This document shows, piece by piece, positions 57,589 to 64,000 of a DNA stretch of 64,000 nt. The position numbers and the translations under genes are program-made. Each line of letters starts with the position of its first letter. Within the stretch, counting starts at the first letter, position 1. This DNA comes from Anaerolineae bacterium. Lineage in GTDB: Bacteria; Chloroflexota; Anaerolineae; Promineifilales; Promineifilaceae. The DNA is taken from assembly GCA_019637635.1 (NCBI GenBank), contig JAHBVI010000004.1:6497-70496 (forward strand), given 5' to 3'. Below the pieces are notes generated by a model. It searched no databases. It worked only from the letters and a program-made list of their open reading frames with translations, and had not been told where the DNA came from.

Positions 57589-58701
57589 TTATATGCTGAA
57601 GAAGGCGGAGAGTACGGCCGTATCCCTTCCTACCTCGGCCGTTTCTGGCAGCGGCACGGCCGTGTGCTGCCGTATCCAGGTGGTGAAAATGTGCCCATTC
57701 ACCATTACCTGGCGTCCCCGGTCTACCACCAGGCCAAACTGTCGCAGCCGTCGTTCGGCTTCGGCCAGGGTAAAGGGACTAAATGGCGCAGGGGACGCCA
57801 CCGGGGCCCCTACTAATTCGGCCAAAATCTGGCGCTGGCAGGGGTCGAAATTTGCCCACCACTGGCTAAACCAGGGGGACAATTCCGCCACGAGCTGTGT
57901 CTGCACGGCGCCGGCATTGGGCACACCGTCCAGCCGTTTGTGGTACAGCCAGCGCGCGGCCGTTAGTTGCAGCAAGAAGGGCAATGTGCCCGCCAACCGC
58001 TGTATTTGCTGCACGTCGGTGGCGCTGAAAGGGGCGCCGACCTGGAGGGCGGGATGGGTGATCAGCGGCGGGATGACGGCCGTTTCCAGTTCGGCCAGAT
58101 AAAGAGGCGTGGGCGAAAAAATGTTGAAAAAGGGAGAGGTGGCCGGCAATCCCAGGCGGCTGCCCATATGGTACAGGTCGGCCAGCGCGGTGGTGACACA
58201 GACCAGGTCGTAATCATTGACGCTGGTCATAGCCCGTAGTTCCGTCAGGAAATGGCGGTCAAACGTCTCGGTATGCAGCGCGTCAAAATCATCCAGCAGC
58301 AGCACCATACGATGCAAGGGGAAGTGGCACAGGAACGCCTCCACATCGTAAATGCTGGTCTGCTCCGGCGGCGACTCTTTCCACAAGAAACCGGTATGCA
58401 CCTGGCCCAGACTCATCTTCAACTGCGTCAATATGCGGTAATAAAACTGGCCCGGCGTTTTGCAAGAAGTCATGTCCACATAGACCATCACCATGCGTTC
58501 TGGGTGGCGCACGTGGCGCACCAGTACCGTGGGGTGGGCAATGTGGCGCAGAAAGGAGGTTTTGCCGGAACGGGGCAGGCCGATGATGTTCGCCGATTGG
58601 GGATGAGCGCCGCCGATAATTTCAAAGAGTTGGGTGATCTGGCGTTGACGGCCGTAAAAATCAGCAGGGCTTTGCACAGGATGACCAACAGTGTAAGGCA
58701 T
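57589..58701 (-). CDS. P-loop ATPase (archaeal-ATPase/ORC-like or STAND-like), unknown function
   Basis: Walker A GLPRSGKTS, Walker B VLLLDDFD, C-terminal helical (winged-helix-like) region. Confidence 0.55.
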   Translation of the reverse strand: MPYTVGHPVQSPADFYGRQRQITQLFEIIGGAHPQSANIIGLPRSGKTSFLRHIAHPTVLVRHVRHPERMVMVYVDMTSCKTPGQFYYRILTQLKMSLGQVHTGFLWKESPPEQTSIYDVEAFLCHFPLHRMVLLLDDFDALHTETFDRHFLTELRAMTSVNDYDLVCVTTALADLYHMGSRLGLPATSPFFNIFSPTPLYLAELETAVIPPLITHPALQVGAPFSATDVQQIQRLAGTLPFLLQLTAARWLYHKRLDGVPNAGAVQTQLVAELSPWFSQWWANFDPCQRQILAELVGAPVASPAPFSPFTLAEAERRLRQFGLVVDRGRQVMVNGHIFTTWIRQHTAVPLPETAEVGRDTAVLSAFFSI

Positions 58702-58870
58702 AATTGCGCTCCTGTCTGCGTAAAACCAGATGGCTCACCACACAAGGCAGGCTTCTCATGGCGGCGGCAGGTATCAAATTGAATAACTACAACGTGAAAA
58801 AGTTTCTCGACTATTATGCCCGTATTGGCCGGGAAAATGTAGCCAACCTGATAGGAGAAAAGTACCAACA

Positions 58871-58905
58871 ATTGACAGTTGTCAATTGTCAACTGTCAAT
58901 TGCTC
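58871..58905. repeat. heptamer array (ATTGTCA-type x5) containing the GT4 stop codon
   Basis: attgaca gttgtca attgtca actgtca attgctc. Confidence 0.85.
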
Positions 58906-60027
58906 GTAGAGCTGCTGCAACTGCCGGGCGGATTGCTCCCAGGTGAAGCGGCGCGCCTGGCGAAAACCGGCAGCCACCAGGCGGGTGCGCTCCGCCGGGT
59001 CGGTCAACAGATGATGCATAGTCTGTGTCCAGTCAGCCTGATCATGCGGTGAGAGTTGGATGGCGGCGTTACCCGCTACTTCCGGCAGGGAGGAGGCGTT
59101 GGAGGTAACAACCGGGACGCCGCAGCCCATTGCTTCTAACAGCGGCAGGCCAAACCCTTCATACAGGCTGGGGAAAACAAACAGGGCCGCGCCGCTGTAG
59201 AGAGCGGGCAAATCCTCATCGGCCACAAAACCGGGGAAATGGACACGGCCGTCCATCCCCTGCCGCCCCACCTCTGCCATCATCTCCTCCATCAACCACC
59301 CTTTGCCGCCGGTGATAATCAGATGGTGGGGGTGGGTTTGGGCAATCGGCTGGAAGGCGCGGATGAGCATCTGGTAATTTTTGCGCGGCTGCACGGTGCC
59401 CACCGCCAGAATGTAAGGCGTGTCTCCCAATTGATATTGGCGGCGCACGGCGGTGAGCTTCTGTTCATCTGTTACCGGCTGGAAACGGGCGTGGACGCCG
59501 CTGTACAGGACGGTCACTTTTTCCGGTGGTACCTGCCACACGGCCGTCAGGTCATCTTTGGTCGCCTGTGAATCGGCCAGAATGTGCGTGGCCCGGCCAA
59601 CTGACCAGGGCACAACCCGGTTCAAATAAGCCACCAACTGTTCGGGGAATACCTCCGGGTAATGGACGAAGGAGAGATCATGCACGGTGAGCAGGGTGGG
59701 GATACGGCCGTAAACCGGCGGCAGCACAAAATCAGGTGAATGAAATAAATCCAGCTTCCCGGTAAACCACTGCACCGGCAAGGGCAGCCGCAGCCGGTAC
59801 CACAGCCGGTAAAGCCAGCGTTCATCTACCGGCGCGGTGTGCAGGTGTACATTGTCAGTTTGGGGGATGGGGTTGGGAACAGGAGAGGCGGTGGGGTTTT
59901 TGGCGGCGAAGAAGTGATAGTCGTTGTGGGGGTCTACGGCCGTGAGTGCAAAAATCAACTCGCGGGTGTATCGGCCGATCCCGCCCCCCTGGGTAATCGC
60001 GGCGGTAACGTCAATGCCAATTTTCAT
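58882..60027 (-). CDS. GT4-family (GT-B) glycosyltransferase
   Basis: MKIGIDVTAAITQGGGIGRYTREL.. N-terminus and C-terminal FPSLYEGFGLPLLEAMGCGVPVVTSNASSLPEV. Start moved to ATG 60027; the extension is repeat-encoded (..LPNLQSPIS). Confidence 0.8.
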   Translation of the reverse strand: MKIGIDVTAAITQGGGIGRYTRELIFALTAVDPHNDYHFFAAKNPTASPVPNPIPQTDNVHLHTAPVDERWLYRLWYRLRLPLPVQWFTGKLDLFHSPDFVLPPVYGRIPTLLTVHDLSFVHYPEVFPEQLVAYLNRVVPWSVGRATHILADSQATKDDLTAVWQVPPEKVTVLYSGVHARFQPVTDEQKLTAVRRQYQLGDTPYILAVGTVQPRKNYQMLIRAFQPIAQTHPHHLIITGGKGWLMEEMMAEVGRQGMDGRVHFPGFVADEDLPALYSGAALFVFPSLYEGFGLPLLEAMGCGVPVVTSNASSLPEVAGNAAIQLSPHDQADWTQTMHHLLTDPAERTRLVAAGFRQARRFTWEQSARQLQQLYEQLTVDN

Positions 60028-60093
60028 GGAGATTGGAGATTGGAGATTAGGGAGCAGAGATTGAACAATCTCCAATCTCTGATCTCCAATCTC
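60028..60093. repeat. inverted GAGATTG/CAATCTC arrays at the GtrA/GT4 junction
   Basis: ggagatt x3 agggagc agagatt gaa caatctc caatctc tgatctc caatctc. Confidence 0.9.
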
Positions 60094-60099
60094 TAACCC

Positions 60100-60666
60100 C
60101 TATTTATCCACATCGCCATACGTCCAATAGCGGTTCACAAAGAAGTTCCAGAAGAGGATGACCAGCACCGACAGCGCCAGGGCCATATTGTCGCCAATGC
60201 GTTGGGCAATATCTGGGCCGAGACCGCCAAACAGTTCGGCTGCCAGCCGGGTAAACGGCAGATGGGTCAGAGCCATAATGGGCAAACGCAGCACAATGCC
60301 GGTGACGCTGACCAGGAAAAATTGGGCAAACTGGCGCCCAATGGGCTTGGAACGGGAATCGGGGTACGTCCAGTAACGGTTCCAGGTGAAGTTGCTGATA
60401 ATGGCACAAACAAAGGAGATGGTACCGGCTAATAAAGCGGGGATGGTTCCTTCTATCCATTCCTGGCTCAAACCAAGCGAAAGTAAAAATTCGTCAAACG
60501 GTGTGCCTGGTATAATAAGATTGCTAAATGGCCCTAACAACAAATTGTAAATGCCAAAATCCACCACAAAACCAAAAGCGCCAACAACCAGAAATTTGAT
60601 AAATCTTTCTGCTTCTTTGGTATTGACGCCCATGCGCCCGGCTGCACTTGCAAACATTGCTACCAT
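60100..60666 (-). CDS. GtrA-family membrane protein
   Basis: RFIKFLVVGAFGFVVDFGIYNLL.. and a C-terminal NFFVNRYWTY motif. Four TM helices. Confidence 0.8.
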   Translation of the reverse strand: MVAMFASAAGRMGVNTKEAERFIKFLVVGAFGFVVDFGIYNLLLGPFSNLIIPGTPFDEFLLSLGLSQEWIEGTIPALLAGTISFVCAIISNFTWNRYWTYPDSRSKPIGRQFAQFFLVSVTGIVLRLPIMALTHLPFTRLAAELFGGLGPDIAQRIGDNMALALSVLVILFWNFFVNRYWTYGDVDK

Positions 60667-60791
60667 AAAAATAACATTCTCCCGATTCTTGAAATTTTAT
60701 CTGCTGTGGCCGGTCTCTGACCGCGCCACCCCTCGCTGTGGCCGGTCTCTGACCGTGCCACTTTTGGTTCCTCATACCAAACCGCCGCATT

Positions 60792-62369
60792 TTAGCGGAT
60801 AACGGCCGTCTGGTTCAATCCCTCTTTAGTGCTGTTTGCCCGGCGCTCATATTCCAGCAGTTGCAGCAAGCCAAACATCACCCCCAGGTGAATATAGATA
60901 TTGTTGACGTATAGTTTATCCACGAGATGATGAACCGTCACGGCCGTCCACGCCCCCAACAAGCCTAAAGCAATACCGCGCACCGGCCAATCAAGCCGGC
61001 GCAATTGGCGGATGGTCTGGAAAAAGACGGCCGTCCACAACACTACATACGCCGCCAACCCCCAAACGCCCGTTTCCGCCAGGATATTCAAATAATAGTT
61101 GTGGGCGTGACCCAACGGGTAGGGCCAGTTGAGAAGCGCATAGGTATCATAAACCGGTTCATAGTTGCCAAAACCCACACCCAACCAGACATTCTCGCGG
61201 GCCATATCCAGCGCCGCCTGCCAGTGCGCCAACCGCTCTAAGACGGCATAGTTGGCGTCGTTAATGCCCACGCCACGCACGTCACCAAAACGTAAATCTT
61301 CGCTAAAACTGGTGATACGCTCCGTTACCGAAGCAGGCACCAGGCCAAGCCGCACCCCGCCCCAAAAGAGTAAGCCCGCCAACAGCAATAAAGTGACACC
61401 CTGCCACAATTTTTTCGGCCAAAACAACACAATCATCGCCCCACCCACCGCCAGACTCAGCCACGCCCCCCGGCTCCAGGAGAAAAGAACGGCCAGGATA
61501 CTGAGTACGGCCGTAACCCCGGTGAAGAGCGCCAGGGTGAGGAGGGGAAGGGGGGCGTAATGCGTGATGCGTGCCACTCGCCACCTGCCACCTGCCACCT
61601 GCCGCCAAATAGCCGCTAACATTCCCAAAAACGCTCCCACAGCCAGCAGCGCCGTCAGGTTCATGTAACCGGCGTAGGGGTTGGGCTGCTCAAAAGTGCC
61701 ATAGGCGCGGTAGAAACGGCCGAGTACCAGAAAATGCTCTGGCCCATCCCCCCGCAGGCCAAACTGCCAGATGCCGATGAGCGCCTGGCTTAGACCGGCG
61801 AGGAGGAGGATGGTGAGGACGTAAAACGTAAAACGTAATCGGTAATCGGTAATCGGTGATCTGTAATCGGTAATTCGTAATCGGTTTACGGAATACGGAT
61901 CACGGGTTACGGCCAGATCAACGACCAGGAGCATCACGGCCGTGACCTGCAACCACTTAATCAATTCCTTGAAACCAAATGACAGGGAGGTGGCATGAGG
62001 CAGGGAAAGCGCCGCGACAAACATGAACAGCGCCAGCGGCAGATTCAAAAACGTTTGGGGGATAAAAATGCGCCGGTAAGCCAGCCCGCGCCCCAGCCAG
62101 ACGGCCAACGTGAACAGCAGCAGCAGTTGACCACTGTCCAGCAGCGATGGCCCCCGCGCGATGTTCTCCAGCGCGCCCCAGGGCGCCGCCAACAGCGCCG
62201 CAAATAAACCAACCAACGGATTGATGAAAGTGAGCAGGAGAACGGCCGTGCCCCCCACCAACCCCACCGCCCACGCCAACGGCAATTGGGCCAGCAGCAA
62301 ACCGGTCAGCACGGCCGTGAATATGCCGGCCAAAGGCCAATTGGCGCGGGGGCGAGAGAGACGAATCAT
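60792..62369 (-). CDS. O-antigen ligase/polymerase-family (Wzy_C) membrane protein
   Basis: Polytopic, with a Wzy_C-like loop region (SWSRGAWLSLAVGG....). Two heptamer arrays are embedded in-frame. Confidence 0.7.
   Translation of the reverse strand: MIRLSRPRANWPLAGIFTAVLTGLLLAQLPLAWAVGLVGGTAVLLLTFINPLVGLFAALLAAPWGALENIARGPSLLDSGQLLLLFTLAVWLGRGLAYRRIFIPQTFLNLPLALFMFVAALSLPHATSLSFGFKELIKWLQVTAVMLLVVDLAVTRDPYSVNRLRITDYRSPITDYRLRFTFYVLTILLLAGLSQALIGIWQFGLRGDGPEHFLVLGRFYRAYGTFEQPNPYAGYMNLTALLAVGAFLGMLAAIWRQVAGGRWRVARITHYAPLPLLTLALFTGVTAVLSILAVLFSWSRGAWLSLAVGGAMIVLFWPKKLWQGVTLLLLAGLLFWGGVRLGLVPASVTERITSFSEDLRFGDVRGVGINDANYAVLERLAHWQAALDMARENVWLGVGFGNYEPVYDTYALLNWPYPLGHAHNYYLNILAETGVWGLAAYVVLWTAVFFQTIRQLRRLDWPVRGIALGLLGAWTAVTVHHLVDKLYVNNIYIHLGVMFGLLQLLEYERRANSTKEGLNQTAVIR
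61555..61603. repeat. heptamer array (GCGTNAT x2, then ACCTGCC-type x5) inside the O-antigen ligase gene
   Basis: gcgtaat gcgtgat gcgtgcc actcgcc acctgcc acctgcc acctgcc. Encodes ..QVAGGRWRVARITHYAP.. Confidence 0.85.
61820..61910. repeat. 13-unit heptamer array (CGTAAAA/GGTAATC/GGATCAC variants) inside the O-antigen ligase gene
   Basis: Thirteen consecutive 7-nt units read directly. Encodes ..TRDPYSVNRLRITDYRSPITDYRLRFTFYV.. Confidence 0.9.
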
Positions 62370-62372
62370 GGG

Positions 62373-62456
62373 GAGATTGGAGATTGGAGATTGGAGATTG
62401 GGAGATTGGGAGATTGTAATCTCTTAATCTCCTAATCTCTCAATCTCTTAATCTCC
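62373..62456. repeat. inverted GAGATTG x6 / TAATCTC x6 arrays at the UXS/ligase junction
   Basis: gagattg x4, ggagattg x2, then taatctc ttaatctc ctaatctc tcaatctc ttaatctcc. Fills the whole intergenic gap. Confidence 0.9.
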
Positions 62457-62460
62457 TCCC

Positions 62461-63402
62461 TTACACCCTCCCCCGAAAGTAAGCAATCGTTTCCGTTAAC
62501 CCTTCCGCCAGGTTTATCTTTGGCTCCCAGCCCAACACCTGCCGTGCTTTGTTGATGTCCGGGCGGCGCACTTTGGGGTCGTCGGTTATACGGTCATCTT
62601 TGGGGTGAATAAAAACAATCTCCGATTCACTACGTGATATTTCTTTGACAGCCTCGGCGAATTCCAAGATCGTCATCTCTACCGGATTGCCGATATTGAC
62701 CGGCAGCTTTTCATCGGAGTGCAGCAGCCGGTAAATACCTTCAATCAGATCGCTGTAATACTGGAAGGAACGGGTGCGGCTGCCATCGCCATACACGGTG
62801 ATGGGCTGGTTGGTGAGCGCCTGGTAGATAAAGTTGGGCACGACACGGCCGTCGTGCAGCCGCATCCGTGGCCCATAGGTGTTGAAAATGCGCACAATGC
62901 GCGTTTCCAGACCATGATACCGCTGGTAAGCCAGCGTCATGGCTTCGGCAAACCGCTTGGCCTCGTCATACACCCCGCGCGGGCCAATGGGGTTCACATG
63001 CCCCCAATACGTCTCCGGCTGCGGGTTGATCTGCGGGTCGCCATATACCTCCGACGTGGAAGCCAGCAAATACCGCGCTCCTTTGGCCTTGGCCAGTCCC
63101 AACGTATTGTGGGTGCCCAACGACCCCACCTTCAAGGTGGGAATGGGATGTTCCAGATAATCGTTCGGGCTGGCAGGCGAGGCAAAATGCAGCACGGCAT
63201 CCAGCGGCCCGGCCACATAGATATAATTGCTCACGTCTTGCTCAAAGAAACTAAACCGTTCATGCCCCATCAAGTGGGCAATGTTGTCCATATTACCGGT
63301 GATCAGGTTGTCCATGCCGATGACCTCGTGGCCTTCGGCAATAAACCGGTCAGACAGGTGAGAACCCAGAAAACCAGCAGCTCCTGTAATTAATACACGC
63401 AT
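62461..63402 (-). CDS. UDP-glucuronate decarboxylase (UDP-xylose synthase), SDR family
   Basis: [23 protein letters not shown], and YDEAKR catalytic motifs, with high similarity to UXS. Start at ATG 63402 with GGAGGC 5 nt upstream. Confidence 0.85.
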   Translation of the reverse strand: MRVLITGAAGFLGSHLSDRFIAEGHEVIGMDNLITGNMDNIAHLMGHERFSFFEQDVSNYIYVAGPLDAVLHFASPASPNDYLEHPIPTLKVGSLGTHNTLGLAKAKGARYLLASTSEVYGDPQINPQPETYWGHVNPIGPRGVYDEAKRFAEAMTLAYQRYHGLETRIVRIFNTYGPRMRLHDGRVVPNFIYQALTNQPITVYGDGSRTRSFQYYSDLIEGIYRLLHSDEKLPVNIGNPVEMTILEFAEAVKEISRSESEIVFIHPKDDRITDDPKVRRPDINKARQVLGWEPKINLAEGLTETIAYFRGRV

Positions 63403-63767
63403 AGTAGCCTCCAATTCAAATACATCTCGATATTGTAACGTGGGTAAAGGTGGGTGACGAATGGTTACGGCCGTTTGGCCGGAAATCGTATATCATGCGC
63501 AGCTTACACGTTGGCTATCTACCGCTACAACGTCGGTGAACATTCAGGGCAATAGTCCACTACCAAAGCCAGCACCCCCCGCCACGTCACCCAACAGTGA
63601 TAAATGTCCTACAAATTTTGTGACGTTCCCCCCATCCCCCACAGCGAAAAATCGCGCATTATTATCCCAGCAAACCTTACAAACCATACCCCACCCCCAC
63701 CGGCATCCTCATTTCACGGCAAGACCATATCTGATAAACCCATTATCAGTAGATCAAGGCAGTGTTC

Positions 63768-63805
63768 GCATCCTCAGATGCGAACCGGTGGGCATCTGAG
63801 GATGC
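63768..63805. promoter_or_regulatory. perfect 14-bp stem / 10-nt loop hairpin in the pckA upstream region
   Basis: gcatcctcagatgc gaaccggtgg gcatctgaggatgc, 50 nt upstream of the pckA ATG. Confidence 0.4.
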
Positions 63806-63855
63806 CCACTCCTCTCATTTCGCTCTACTGATTATAAAAAAAAGGAGCATGTCAA

Positions 63856-64000
63856 ATGTCTGATTTTAGTCCAATCTCCCGCAGCCCCATTGGGCTGGAA
63901 ACACACGGCCTGAACAATCTGAAAACCGTTTACTGGAACCTGCCCACCCCATCCCTTTACGAAGAGTCACTTAAGCGGCACGAAAGCATCATGGCCCATC
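63856..64000 (+). CDS. pckA: phosphoenolpyruvate carboxykinase (ATP), N-terminal fragment (runs off the window)
   Basis: GLETHGLNNLKTVYWNLPTPSLYEESLKRHESIMAH matches the conserved PckA N-terminus. AAAGGAG RBS upstream. Confidence 0.7.
   Translation, partial: MSDFSPISRSPIGLETHGLNNLKTVYWNLPTPSLYEESLKRHESIMAH

Noticed and set aside
19745-62456. The possibility that the short tandem arrays are CRISPR arrays.
   Set aside because: The period is 7 (once 8) nt with no spacers, each array is under 100 nt, many copies are inside genes, and no cas genes are present. They are microsatellite/STRR-like repeats, not CRISPR.
1-64000. A search for tRNA, rRNA, tmRNA, integrase, transposase or prophage genes.
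   Set aside because: I found no T-arm GGTTCGAATCC-type motifs in intergenic regions, no rRNA-like segments, and no ORF with DDE, tyrosine-recombinase or serine-recombinase motifs. Nothing could be supported.

Overview
High-GC (roughly 60% by eye) bacterial chromosomal segment, densely coding, with no rRNA, tRNA, CRISPR, transposase or integrase that I could find. The gene content (Uma2, HEPN/MNT, PMP-type beta-helix, three-subunit acyl-CoA carboxylase, many glycosyltransferases) suggests a Chloroflexota-like organism, but that is a low-confidence guess. Main blocks: (1) 1-7.6 kb: HicAB, a diheme cytochrome c, a same-strand run of hydrolase, kinase, GNAT and APH-like genes, and a HEPN/MNT pair. 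(2) 7.7-12.9 kb: a two-component operon with a GT1 glycosyltransferase nested between kinase and regulator. (3) 12.8-16.4 kb: an APH-like kinase plus an XRE-HTH/NB-ARC/TPR STAND protein. (4) 19.7-34.4 kb: a minus-strand operon encoding a PUFA-synthase-like type I FAS/PKS (acyl-CoA dehydrogenase; KS-AT-KS-ACP-ACP; KR-DH), a PPTase and a three-subunit acyl-CoA carboxylase. (5) 34.7-48.6 kb and 58.9-63.4 kb: glycan/exopolysaccharide genes. (6) trmD, paaABCD (with a tandem PaaB fusion), orphan acpP, a ChlI-like ATPase and the start of pckA. Two genome-architecture signals stand out. The 8-bp palindrome ACGGCCGT occurs about 140 times, against about 2 expected. Tandem 7-nt repeat arrays, often paired as inverted arrays that would form hairpins, sit at most gene junctions. 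They also lie inside coding linkers and supply several stop codons. Both ACP-like domains of the megasynthase carry Thr where the phosphopantetheinyl Ser is expected.
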